This document shows, in pieces, positions 39,254 to 48,995 of a DNA stretch of 64,000 bases. A model generated the notes under the pieces. It was not told where the DNA came from and ran no database searches. It saw only the letters and a program-made list of their open reading frames with translations. Source of the DNA: Candidatus Zixiibacteriota bacterium (GTDB taxonomy: Bacteria > Zixibacteria > MSB-5A5 > GN15 > FEB-12); the NCBI GenBank assembly GCA_029860345.1, contig JAOUBJ010000004.1:202943-266942 (forward strand). Reading direction: 5' to 3'. The position numbers were made by a program, and so were the translations under genes. Every line of letters begins with the position of its first letter. Positions within the stretch are counted from its first letter, which is position 1.

Positions 39254-39836
39254 AACGATCCTCGAATTCTGAAGACAACGTCTCACGCAAGGCCAGCCGG
39301 GCGCGCAGGATACGAGACTTGGCCGAGGCGACGCTTTGGTTGGTCAACCCGGCCACCTCTTTCACCGACAGTTCTTCGACATAGCGCAAAAGAAATGCTT
39401 CGCGGTATTTGTAGGGCAACGCCGCCACGGCATCATCGACCAACTGTTTGATTTCGCGCGACTCCATCAGTTGATGTGGGTCCTTCCAATCGAACAGTCG
39501 CAGACTATCATGATGACCATCACCGTGCGTTGAACCGCCGGGAAGATACTCTTCAATCGGCTTCAAATCGGCTTGCTTACTTTTTGCATGCAAGGCTCTG
39601 GCCTGGTTGAGAGCGATACTTGACAACCAGGTGCCGAAGGTCGATTCCTGGCGGAACTGATCGATCTTGTCAATCGCTTTCAGGAAACTCTCCTGCAAAA
39701 TATCCTCGGCATCTTCGTTGTTGCCGGCCAACCTTCGGATGAGGGCGAAAACTTTTTGCTTATTGGCCTCGATCAGTTTGGCAAAGGCATCAAAGTCGCC
39801 GGCTTTGGCCTGGGCTACTAATTGCTTCTCATTCAT
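39234..39836 (-). CDS. ECF (sigma-24 type) RNA polymerase sigma factor
   Basis: Starts at ATG 39834..39836 (MNEKQLVAQAKAGDFDAF...). Region 2 is DILQESFLKAIDKIDQF and region 4 is LSVKEVAGLTNQSVASAKSRILRAR. The 61-codon upstream extension in the track ORF is repeat-encoded and rejected. Confidence 0.85.
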   Translation of the reverse strand: MNEKQLVAQAKAGDFDAFAKLIEANKQKVFALIRRLAGNNEDAEDILQESFLKAIDKIDQFRQESTFGTWLSSIALNQARALHAKSKQADLKPIEEYLPGGSTHGDGHHDSLRLFDWKDPHQLMESREIKQLVDDAVAALPYKYREAFLLRYVEELSVKEVAGLTNQSVASAKSRILRARLALRETLSSEFEDRYGKKVS

Positions 39837-39913
39837 TTGACGGCAATATAGGCAAAACGATTCAGAACCACATAAAACAATTGTGGCGCATGGTGAGCGG
39901 CGGCGTGAACCTG

Positions 39914-40078
39914 CCTTGACCGCGTCAGGACCACAAGGGTCCTGACCTACAAGAGCCGTCACGCAGGGTGGCATGACGGCAGAGGAAAAGATGGACCCCG
40001 GCCTTCGCCGGGGTGACAAACACGGCTACCCGTCGTCGCTGTACCCACGTGGCGCACGAGGACGTACTCCACGCACAA
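39914..40078. repeat. direct-repeat copy 2 of the 165-bp composite module
   Basis: Aligns colinearly with 38659..38823, with about 9 mismatches counted by eye. Confidence 0.85.
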
Positions 40079-40170
40079 GGAATGGCGGGTGGTGCGAACA
40101 CATCATTCGCGGACCCCAGGCGAGTCGCCTGACAGCACCGGCAATCGGTCGCACGAACACTGCGTAACAA

Positions 40171-42255
40171 ATGAACCCACTCTTGACAAGCGGCTCTGAT
40201 ATCTGCATCATGGCCCGCATGAACAGCTCAAACCATCGGCTACTCGGTCTCCCTGCCAAGTATCTTTCCGGACCGGCCTTGTACGCGCTGGCCACCGTGG
40301 TCGTGCTGGCTTGCTTTTTTGAACTGTGGCGTTTGGCCTTGCTTATCAGACAATGGGACCTGGCGGCGGCGGTACCGGGAGTTGATCTGTTCAAGTCGTT
40401 CCTGATCGGTTTGCGTTTCGATCTTGTGATCGCCTGCTACCTAACCGTGGTCTTCTACGTTCTGTCGATCATCCCTTGGCTGGAAATCACACGAAGGACC
40501 TGGGTGCGACGAGTTCATCTGGCCTTTATGACAGCCGTGGCCGCCGTCATCTTTTTCATGCACGTGATAGACCTGGAGTTCTTTTCATTTTTCAATTCCC
40601 GTCTCAACGGTATGGCCCTCACCTGGCGCGACACGCCGGACATGGTTCTATCTATGGCCTGGAACATGTTTCCGGTAATCTGGTATTTCCTGCTGATTTT
40701 GGTCGTGCTGCTTGGATTCGTCTGGTTGATGCGGCGCCTGCAAGCCCGGCTGCTGATGAGCCAAAAGGAGGCTCCAATCTGGCTGCACTGGGTTTACCTG
40801 CCGTTGGTTGCGGCGTTGTTGTTTGTCGGCGCCCGCGGTCGCTTGGCTGACAAGTCGCCCATCCGAACCGGCGTGGCTTACTTTTCCGAATACGATTTTG
40901 CCAACCAGTTGGCATTGAATCCGGCCTTCACGTTTTGGCGCGACGCCATATACGATGCGCGCGACAAAGGTCGGTTGGAAGAAATGATGGCCACTGTGCA
41001 ATCATCCGGCGGCGAACCGATGGTGCGACGATTGCTGGGTTTGCCCGATAGTCTGGTACATCGAAGCGATGAGAAGATTCTCAGGCCGGTGCGTTTCGCG
41101 CCACCCAACGACGATCCACCGAATGTAATCCTGGTAGTGATGGAATCATTCGGCAATACCAAATTGGGTGCGCTGGACAACCGCTTTCCACATGATTTGT
41201 CTCCTTGCTTCGATTCTCTGGCGGCCGAGGGTATCCTGTTTACGAATTTCTATTCGGCCGGGATGCATACCTACACCGGCGTGTTCAGCACCCTAACCGG
41301 GTATCCCCACCAATTCACGGAACTGGTGATGAAGCAAGTGCCGGGACACACGCACTTTCATTCATTGGCGGCTATTCTCAAGGGTCATGACTATCAGACG
41401 TTGTTTTTCACCACCCACGATCCACACTTTGACAACATGCAGGGCTTCACCATGTCCAACGGCGTCAACCGCATGTACTCATCGCTCGATTTCGATCCCG
41501 ATGAATGGATAGGCACGTGGGGCGTACCGGATCATATCTTGTTCGATCGGGCTGTCGAGGTGCTGAGCCAGGGTAAACATGACCGCTTTTTCGCGATGCT
41601 CTTGTCCACTTCCAACCATGGACCCTGGCAGGTCCCCGATGTGCCGTTTGAGCGCATTCCGGAGGATGTAGACAGAAGCGATGAACTGAATGCTTTCAAG
41701 TATTCCGACTGGGCGCTGGGGCGGTTCGTGCGGCAGATTCAAAACGATCCTGCCATGTCCAATACCCTGATATTCATAACGGCCGACAACGGCACGCCCT
41801 TTGCACCGACATTAGACCTGGACCTCAGCTACCTGCAAATCCCGCTTTTGATAATCGACACCGATCACCGGTTACCGGCTGGAAGACGTATTGATCGACT
41901 GGGCGGTCAGCTTGATATCCTGGCCACGGTTATGGGACAGGTGCGTCTGGATTATGACAATTATAGTTTTGGGCACGACCTGCTGGACAGCCTGGCGCCA
42001 ATCACCGACTTTGCCCAGTTTTCCGAGTGGTTCAGGGTGGGCTATATTGAAGGTGATTACTACAGCATTTACCGTCTCCGAGGCGAGCCGGGCTCGTGCT
42101 ACCGACTCGACGACCTCACTGTCGACCTGGCCAAAAGTGAGCACGAGCTGGCCCGTCCATATCTGGACAAAGCGGCCGCCATGTTCAAAACAGCCTATGA
42201 AAACATGAGTCGCCCGGTGCGATCAGCTAAGCTGATTGGAGAGGTATCTCGATAA
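40171..42255 (+). CDS. LTA synthase / phosphoglycerol-transferase family sulfatase-domain membrane protein
   Basis: 694 aa with about five N-terminal TM segments followed by a sulfatase-type domain (NVILVVMESFGN..., TSNHGPW). The start may instead be one of the Met codons at 40210 or 40219. Confidence 0.8.
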   Translation: MNPLLTSGSDICIMARMNSSNHRLLGLPAKYLSGPALYALATVVVLACFFELWRLALLIRQWDLAAAVPGVDLFKSFLIGLRFDLVIACYLTVVFYVLSIIPWLEITRRTWVRRVHLAFMTAVAAVIFFMHVIDLEFFSFFNSRLNGMALTWRDTPDMVLSMAWNMFPVIWYFLLILVVLLGFVWLMRRLQARLLMSQKEAPIWLHWVYLPLVAALLFVGARGRLADKSPIRTGVAYFSEYDFANQLALNPAFTFWRDAIYDARDKGRLEEMMATVQSSGGEPMVRRLLGLPDSLVHRSDEKILRPVRFAPPNDDPPNVILVVMESFGNTKLGALDNRFPHDLSPCFDSLAAEGILFTNFYSAGMHTYTGVFSTLTGYPHQFTELVMKQVPGHTHFHSLAAILKGHDYQTLFFTTHDPHFDNMQGFTMSNGVNRMYSSLDFDPDEWIGTWGVPDHILFDRAVEVLSQGKHDRFFAMLLSTSNHGPWQVPDVPFERIPEDVDRSDELNAFKYSDWALGRFVRQIQNDPAMSNTLIFITADNGTPFAPTLDLDLSYLQIPLLIIDTDHRLPAGRRIDRLGGQLDILATVMGQVRLDYDNYSFGHDLLDSLAPITDFAQFSEWFRVGYIEGDYYSIYRLRGEPGSCYRLDDLTVDLAKSEHELARPYLDKAAAMFKTAYENMSRPVRSAKLIGEVSR

Positions 42256-42565
42256 TCGGCCGGGCCGGTCGAACGATTTGACTTGACACAACCGCCAAGA
42301 AGGGTGTAAACTCTTAACTTACGTGGTTTCACAGAGTCAAGCCGAGTTCATATTCGGCAGAGATGTCGGGAGCTTGGCAAGCCTGGTAAAGGATTCTGGC
42401 GTGACATGCCCACAGTATTTGTCTTTTCTTCACGTCTAGGCAGCATAGAAACTGGAGTGGTGATGGCCGATGAGGGAGTTGTCGATGGTCGGATAGCTGT
42501 TGTGCTATCCCGAAAGATGAGGACGCTGGTCTCTTTTGCCGTGTTTGGTTTGATATCTTTGGGAG

Positions 42566-45500
42566 ATGACGATGACTGAATCCGACCACAGAGATTCCGG
42601 TGTAAACTCTCAGCCTTCCGGTTTTGTCGGCTTACGCATGAAAATCCTAATCTCGTTTGGAATGCTGTTCATCATCACACTTATCGGTATCGGCTTGACA
42701 AAGGCATACGGTTTGCCGTTTTCCGGATTTGATGGTGAATTCAACAATCAGCAGGCTCTCCGATTTGGGCAGTTAGGACTCTTGGCCGACCTTAAAAAGG
42801 GGCAACTGTTGGCTTGGTTGGATGAGCGCAGCCGTGATCTGAGGCTGGCTTCGCAGGCGCCCACTATAGAATCTCAGGCGACTCGGTTGGACGAGCTTCT
42901 GCATCGTGAAATAGGTAGGGGATTGAGTGGTGACCGCTTATGGGCAAGTATGCAGACGAGCGATCTGTACTCAGAAGTCCAGGCACAACTCAGGCGCATG
43001 CGAGATGCCTACGGTGATTTCGAAACGGTCTCAATTGCTGATCACCACTTTGGCCTGGTCATGGTATCCAGCGACACAACTCTGGTCGGGTGGTCGATAA
43101 TCGATCGAGACTACTACAAATCCCTGCGCGTTGCCGGGGAAGTTCATGTCACCGACATCAAGCGCGACTCTGTGACCGGAAAACCACGACTCCTGTTTTC
43201 CAGTTTGATCTTTGGGCCTGCGACCGGCTCGGGTGAACCCCGAGAGGCGGTCGCCGTGATGACGCTGGCTATTGATCCGGACAAAGTCCTCCGCCCTATC
43301 CTGCAAACTGGCGAAGGTCTCGGCAGAACCGGAGAGGCGTTATTGATCAACAGCGATACGCGGATTCTGGCCTCGCTGAAACATCCTTTGACCGATGGCA
43401 GTATGGCTCGACCGCTGGAATACCAGATTGAGGCGGAGCCGGCCAGGTTTGCTTCTCGGGGGGAAGAAGGAATTATCAGAGCCCGGGACTATCGTGGCGT
43501 AGCTGTCCTGGCCGCCTACCGGCATCTCAGGCTGTCAACCGAAATAGGTTGGGGGCTGGTGGTCAAACAGGATGAGCAGGAAATCTTCGCCGATTTGCGT
43601 GAGGAAATATCGTATGTCGTAGGCATAAGTATTCTTGGGACCCTTTTGTCCCTTATCTTAATCGCACTGACTACCAATTGGCTGACCCGTCCTATCCGGA
43701 ATCTGGTAACAACGGCTAACGCTGTTACCGATGGTGATCTTTCAGCGCGCGCCACGGTAACTTCAGCCGACGAAGTGGGGCGCCTGGGGGCCACATTCAA
43801 CACCATGATTCAACGAATCCAGTCCTGGCATCAGGAATTGGGCGAGGAGGTGAGGCTTCGCACCAAAGAACTGAGTACAGAGCGAGAACATCTGGCCGTC
43901 ACACTGCGCTCTATCGGTGACGGCGTAATCGCCACCGACCTGGCCGGCAATATAACCTTCATGAATCCGATTGCAGAAAGAATGACGGGCTGGACGCTTT
44001 CCGAGGCCGAGGGAAAGTCGATTGAGGATGTGTTTGAGATCGTCAATGAAGACACCGGTGAGAAGGCGGATAATCCGGTCGTGCGTGTACTGAGTGAGGG
44101 AGTCATCGTCGGGCTGGCCAACCACACTTCCCTGATCGCAAAAGACGGCACGGTTCAGCCGATTGACGACAGCGGCGCGCCGATCAAGGGAGAATCCGGC
44201 GAAATTCTGGGTTCGATTTTAGTCTTCCATGATATTAGTGAACGTCGCCAGGCCGAAAGTCGTATCGAGCATCTCAACTCAGTTTTGCTGGCTGTGCGCA
44301 ATGTCAATCAGTTGATAACTCGCGAAAAAGAACCTCACAAGCTGGCCCAAAAAGCATGCCAATGCCTGGTGGAGACACGCGGCTTCTTCTTTGCCTTCAT
44401 GGTGCTGGGCGGCCGGGAATCAGGTTCTACCTTTGCCTGCCAGGCGGGTCTCGACGAGAGTTTTGAATCTCTGGCCGAGAAATTCGATCGCGGCGAATGG
44501 CCCAACTGTTGCCTGCGGGCGAGGGATGTCGAAACGGTGGCTATACTAAGAGATTCGAGCGAATGTGGCGATTGTCCGCATGTCGTTCTGGATTTTGACG
44601 CAGGTATCCTCAGCACCAAGTTGACCCATGAGGATGACTCCTTTGGCTACCTGGTGGCCGCCATCCCCAAGGCGTTAGTGGATGATCCCGATGAGATTGC
44701 GCTTTTTGAGGAAGTCGCCGGTGACATCGCCTTTGCTCTTCATAGTATCGCACAGCAGGAAAGAGGCCAGGAGGCTGTCCGCAAAGAAAAGGAAGTCGCC
44801 GACAAATTCAAACTCTCCATAGCTAACATGATGGATGCCTATGCACTGCATGGGGGGATCTTTGATGAAAATGGCCGGATGATCGACTATCGATTTGTCG
44901 ACTGGAATCCCGCCGCCGAGAAGATTACCGGCGTGAAGGCTGTCGACATCGTCGGCAAGAGAGTATTGGAGTTGTTTCCAAACGTGATCGAGCGCGGTTT
45001 GATGGATCGTTATGCCGAGGTAATGGCTACCGGCAAACCGGCCCATATTGAGGACTTCTACTACGAGGGCGACGATCTCAACATGGCCTTTGACATCTCC
45101 TGCTTCCGGGTGGACCATAGGCATTTCGTCTGCACCTTTAGAGATATCACCGACCGCCAACAGGCGGAGGATGCGCTGGCCAAAGAGCGTGAACGACTGG
45201 CCGTGACACTTTCTTCCATTGGGGATGCCGTTATCGCCACCGACATCGAAGGAAACGTGGTTCTGTTCAACAAAATGGCTGAGCAGCTTACGGAGTACAA
45301 AGAGTCCGAGGCGGTGGGTCAACCATTGGGGGCGGTTTTCAGAATCATCGACGCTGAAACACGTCAGGACATGGATAGTCCGGTGACCAGAGTGGTCCAG
45401 ACCGGCAAAGTGATTGGTTTCACACGGCAAACGCTTTTGATCGCCAAAGACGGCACCGAGCGATCCATCGACGACAGCGGCGCGCCTATACGTGACCCGG

Positions 45501-46708
45501 AAGGTCGGACGATCGGCGTGGTGCTGGTGTTCAGGGACATCACCGACACCAAACGCCTGCAGGAACTGGCTGTGCGCGCCCAACGACTGGAAACAGCCGG
45601 CCGTATCGCCGGTCAGGTGGCCCACGATTTCAACAATCTGTTGGCGCCGCTCATGGCTTACCCTTCGTTCATCAAAGAGGCTTTGCCCGAAGGCGACGAT
45701 GCGCGTGACTTTGTCGACAAGATCGAAAACGCGGCCGAGCAGATCGCCGAAATAAACCAGCAACTGCTTACCCTGGGGCGACGAGGGCACTATACCGTGG
45801 CGCCGTTCTCGCTCAACGATACGGTCAGGCAAGTCGTCAAACAACTCAGCCCCTTGCCGTCAACTCTGGCGGTCGAGGTTGAACTGGCCGAGAATCTCAT
45901 GCCGGTCAAAGGCGGCGCCTCCCAGGTTTTCCGCGCCATAGCCAATATCATGGCCAACGCCCGCGACGCCATGCAGGATATCGGACGTCTCTCTGTCAAG
46001 ACGGAGAATTTCTATCTGGACAACATGGTTGGAGTCTACGGCCCCATCCCCATGGGAGAGTATGTAAAACTGACCGTCTCGGATACCGGCAGCGGACTGC
46101 AGGATGATCTCATGAGCCGGATTTTCGAACCGTTTTTTACTACCAAAACGACCGACAGGCGACGCGGGTCCGGACTTGGGTTGAGTATTGTACATGCCGT
46201 AATGGAGGACCATCGCGGCCACATTGATTTGTACAGTTCTCCCGGTGAAGGAACATCGTTCTTTCTTTATTTCCCGGCCTCTCGTGAATCGATTTTGATC
46301 GATCCCGGCGACGATCACATTGTCGGCGGGGATGAAAAGGTGCTGGTGGTCGACGACGACCCATTCCAGCGCGATGTTACCGTGACCTTGTTGAAGAAAC
46401 TGGGGTACGACGCCTCGGCGGTCGAGTGCGGTGAAGCTGCTGTCAATCTGCTCAAAGAGAGTTCCTGTGACCTGGTAATACTCGATATGATCATGCCGGG
46501 CGGAATCGACGGCGCCGAAGCTTATCGGCAGATCCTCCGCCTGCATCCCGACCAGAAGTCTATCATCGTGTCCGGTTATGCCGAAAGTGACAGGGTTCAG
46601 GAAACGTTGAATCTGGGCGCCGGTGTTTTTGTGCGCAAGCCCCTGACCATCAAGTCGCTGGCCCACGCGGTCCGCAAGGAGTTGGATCGAGTGCAATCCG
46701 CGTCTTAG
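42566..46708 (+). CDS. multidomain hybrid sensor histidine kinase (Cache-like, HAMP, 3x PAS, GAF-like, HisKA, HATPase, REC)
   Basis: 1380 aa. It has two TM segments flanking an extracytoplasmic domain, and a HAMP domain (LTRPIRNLVTTANAVTDGDLSARA...). PAS boxes are LAVTLRSIGDGVIATD and LAVTLSSIGDAVIATD. The H-box is QVAHDFNNLLAPL and the G-box is GSGLGLSIV. The receiver is VLVVDDD...DLVILDMIMPG. Confidence 0.9.
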   Translation: MTMTESDHRDSGVNSQPSGFVGLRMKILISFGMLFIITLIGIGLTKAYGLPFSGFDGEFNNQQALRFGQLGLLADLKKGQLLAWLDERSRDLRLASQAPTIESQATRLDELLHREIGRGLSGDRLWASMQTSDLYSEVQAQLRRMRDAYGDFETVSIADHHFGLVMVSSDTTLVGWSIIDRDYYKSLRVAGEVHVTDIKRDSVTGKPRLLFSSLIFGPATGSGEPREAVAVMTLAIDPDKVLRPILQTGEGLGRTGEALLINSDTRILASLKHPLTDGSMARPLEYQIEAEPARFASRGEEGIIRARDYRGVAVLAAYRHLRLSTEIGWGLVVKQDEQEIFADLREEISYVVGISILGTLLSLILIALTTNWLTRPIRNLVTTANAVTDGDLSARATVTSADEVGRLGATFNTMIQRIQSWHQELGEEVRLRTKELSTEREHLAVTLRSIGDGVIATDLAGNITFMNPIAERMTGWTLSEAEGKSIEDVFEIVNEDTGEKADNPVVRVLSEGVIVGLANHTSLIAKDGTVQPIDDSGAPIKGESGEILGSILVFHDISERRQAESRIEHLNSVLLAVRNVNQLITREKEPHKLAQKACQCLVETRGFFFAFMVLGGRESGSTFACQAGLDESFESLAEKFDRGEWPNCCLRARDVETVAILRDSSECGDCPHVVLDFDAGILSTKLTHEDDSFGYLVAAIPKALVDDPDEIALFEEVAGDIAFALHSIAQQERGQEAVRKEKEVADKFKLSIANMMDAYALHGGIFDENGRMIDYRFVDWNPAAEKITGVKAVDIVGKRVLELFPNVIERGLMDRYAEVMATGKPAHIEDFYYEGDDLNMAFDISCFRVDHRHFVCTFRDITDRQQAEDALAKERERLAVTLSSIGDAVIATDIEGNVVLFNKMAEQLTEYKESEAVGQPLGAVFRIIDAETRQDMDSPVTRVVQTGKVIGFTRQTLLIAKDGTERSIDDSGAPIRDPEGRTIGVVLVFRDITDTKRLQELAVRAQRLETAGRIAGQVAHDFNNLLAPLMAYPSFIKEALPEGDDARDFVDKIENAAEQIAEINQQLLTLGRRGHYTVAPFSLNDTVRQVVKQLSPLPSTLAVEVELAENLMPVKGGASQVFRAIANIMANARDAMQDIGRLSVKTENFYLDNMVGVYGPIPMGEYVKLTVSDTGSGLQDDLMSRIFEPFFTTKTTDRRRGSGLGLSIVHAVMEDHRGHIDLYSSPGEGTSFFLYFPASRESILIDPGDDHIVGGDEKVLVVDDDPFQRDVTVTLLKKLGYDASAVECGEAAVNLLKESSCDLVILDMIMPGGIDGAEAYRQILRLHPDQKSIIVSGYAESDRVQETLNLGAGVFVRKPLTIKSLAHAVRKELDRVQSAS

Positions 46709-47082
46709 CAAAACCAGCAGCAGTGGACGACATGCGCGAAACTTCTATCAACAAACGATGCGGGTGGCACCCTCAAACCCGGTTTGGGGGTGCTAAATCA
46801 CTTTTTGTGTTTCGCACCTTGTTACTCACGCAAGCACTTCTTACGGCAGCACGCGCGGAGCGCAAAAAACGGGCTTGCCCGCCGCCCGGGCAACCAGTAG
46901 GCGATCAAAGACATGCGCGAAACTTCGTCCCATATACGACCCGAACACGATGATTCCCGCCCAACCTTGCGTATTACATGCGAAATAGTATCTTGACCGA
47001 GTGTGAACATGGAAGATGCAAGAGAACCACAGTTGGCAACAGCTGGAGCAAACCAAAAAGACATTGGCAGAATGAGATACAG

Positions 47083-47469
47083 ATGCGCAACGCCACGATA
47101 TACTTGTTCATTGCAATAGCCGGAGCATGGCTGTTGATGAGTTGTTCCGAGGAGAAGACAATCGTCCCTTCTGCCAGGACCATGTATTACGCCGATGTCA
47201 GACACATCCTCGACGTGAAGTGTGCCACCACCGCCTGTCATGCCGGGAGTAAACCGGCGGTTGGGCTGAACATGGAATCTTATGAAGATATCCTGGCCGG
47301 TTCGGAAAACGGTCCGGTGGTCGTGCCCGGTAATGCCGAAGCCAGCCTGCTCTATCGCACCATGGTCGGAACCAGTGCGCCGGCCATGCCGATAGACGAC
47401 ACCCTCCCCCGTCAACTGAGCGATAGTATCGGCAGTTGGATTCGCGACGGACTTTTTGAGAGCGACTGA
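47083..47469 (+). CDS. lipoprotein with cytochrome-c-like domain (CX4CH motif, PSCyt1-like)
   Basis: MRNATIYLFIAIAGAWLLMSC (lipobox), then VKCATTACHAGSKP...GPVVVPGNAEASLLY...MP...WIRDG. The start at 47083 is preferred to the track start at 46978. Confidence 0.5.
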   Translation: MRNATIYLFIAIAGAWLLMSCSEEKTIVPSARTMYYADVRHILDVKCATTACHAGSKPAVGLNMESYEDILAGSENGPVVVPGNAEASLLYRTMVGTSAPAMPIDDTLPRQLSDSIGSWIRDGLFESD

Positions 47470-47477
47470 TGCATCTT

Positions 47478-48353
47478 TCAGAGAATCCGGTTGATCAGAA
47501 AACCTATTCTTAAGTTATCAGCGTCAAAAGGGAATTCGGCTCCAGCCAGATATTGCGACGGATTGATTCGCACCTGGTTGGTAATGAACAGTTCAAAAAT
47601 GTGAGCGCCGGTTTCCAATTCGAGACCTAGCGCGACCGGGTTGTGGGAGTTTGACTTGTTCGAAAGTACAAAAGAATACTCGCCGACAAAACTCAGATGC
47701 GAACGCACGAACCATTGACCATGGGTCCCCAGCGTAAACGTGTTTTCAATATCCCTGGCGCTGATATCGCGGTTGTACAGAAAAGAGGGCACCAGACCGA
47801 CGGCTAACCGCGGGTGCGGTTGCAGATCGATAATCAACTGGCCGAAAGACTGGAAGTGTCGGCTGTGGCTTTTGGGTCTTATGATTACGCTGTCTCGGTG
47901 ATCACGTCGGGATGTCTCCACCGGGTTCCAGGCCACTCCTGCTTGAACGGCGGCCATGTACGACATGGCAGATTCTTTGGATTGCAGCAGGCTGTGTTTG
48001 ATGCAAAGATCGGTGTTGGCATCTATACTGCTTCGACCCAAAGTAATCATCCAAGCGTCATTGATCGCATGTCCCAAGGCCAAACGCATCCGGGCCGGTC
48101 CGTCAAAACCGTAGAGAACGTCATAGCCGTCGGTTATAGGCGGCACAAAACGATGCGATATCTCAAACTCGATATCGCCGGTTTTTAGCATGGCCGCGGT
48201 CGGTAGCCCCAGCACCTTGGTGGAATGAAAAACCTGAAGACCCAACTCGATCTCGGGATCGGATCGCTGCCATTTTGGCTGAGCCAAGGATTTCGTTGGC
48301 CATAACATAATAACCACAAGCAGTGCTGCCGTGAGGCTGACCCATCTTAACAT
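47478..48353 (-). CDS. outer-membrane beta-barrel protein (DUF5777-like, assigned from memory)
   Basis: 291 aa with a signal peptide (…WPTKSLAQP) and an amphipathic beta-strand pattern. Last gene of the cytochrome/YceI set. Confidence 0.55.
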   Translation of the reverse strand: MLRWVSLTAALLVVIMLWPTKSLAQPKWQRSDPEIELGLQVFHSTKVLGLPTAAMLKTGDIEFEISHRFVPPITDGYDVLYGFDGPARMRLALGHAINDAWMITLGRSSIDANTDLCIKHSLLQSKESAMSYMAAVQAGVAWNPVETSRRDHRDSVIIRPKSHSRHFQSFGQLIIDLQPHPRLAVGLVPSFLYNRDISARDIENTFTLGTHGQWFVRSHLSFVGEYSFVLSNKSNSHNPVALGLELETGAHIFELFITNQVRINPSQYLAGAEFPFDADNLRIGFLINRIL

Positions 48354-48371
48354 AATTCCTGCCTTTGTCTG

Positions 48372-48977
48372 TTACTTAGCGATCTTTAGAATAAACTCAA
48401 GCCGGACATTAATGTCGTCGTCCACTTCCATCATCATCAGGCTGGGCATTTCAATATCGTAGTCGGACGCTTTAACCGCAAACTCACAATGGATGGTCAA
48501 TCCCTGGTCTGTCGATACCGCCGAACCGGACACCTGGATTTCTTTGGTGGCGCCGTGCAGCGAGAAGACACCGGTTGTATGTACAACAAAAGAACTGTCG
48601 GCCATAGATTCCACCTTGGTAATCCTGGCTTTGTAGGAAGCATAAGGGTACTTTTCGGTTTCGAAATATCGTTCTTTCAGGTGGCGGTTGTACATGCCGT
48701 TGCCGGCATCAAAAGTATTGAGTTGCACCTCAAAATAGACTTCACTGGATTGTAGTTGAGAATCATCGGGGGGAAATCCTTCACCCTCCCAGTAAGCGTA
48801 GCCGTCGATTTTGTCGGTATTGACTTCAAAGTCTATCAACGGAGACTCTGAAACGAACGATACAATTGTTTCAGGTGACCGCTCGATGTGGTACTCGGCC
48901 GACGACAGCTTCAAAGCTGTCATACTAACCAAGGTGACTACGAGAAAACAGCGACGGCAGGCGTGATGCTTAGTCAT
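48372..48977 (-). CDS. YceI-like domain protein
   Basis: 201 aa with a signal peptide and a YceI-type lipid/polyisoprenoid-binding barrel pattern (...VSFVSESPLIDFEVNTDKIDGYAYW..., ...FSLHGATKEIQV...). Confidence 0.65.
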   Translation of the reverse strand: MTKHHACRRCFLVVTLVSMTALKLSSAEYHIERSPETIVSFVSESPLIDFEVNTDKIDGYAYWEGEGFPPDDSQLQSSEVYFEVQLNTFDAGNGMYNRHLKERYFETEKYPYASYKARITKVESMADSSFVVHTTGVFSLHGATKEIQVSGSAVSTDQGLTIHCEFAVKASDYDIEMPSLMMMEVDDDINVRLEFILKIAK

Positions 48978-48995
48978 GCGGCCTCGTGGTTAACC

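Noticed and set aside
37766-40394. Track ORFs 37766..38761, 38390..38899, 38670..38891, 39925..40170 and 40026..40394
   Set aside because: They are read-throughs of palindromic repeat DNA or antisense to the RND gene. They have Arg/Pro/Gly-rich composition, and the same pseudo-peptides recur wherever the repeats occur.
44675-46711. Long antisense ORFs (389 aa and 283 aa) opposite the hybrid histidine kinase. Similar cases: 19866..20507, 21286..21762, 24185..24676, 58049..58681, 59660..60304, 54112..54756 and 50914..51606
   Set aside because: Each lies entirely within a strongly supported gene on the other strand and has no domain signature. They are typical shadow ORFs.
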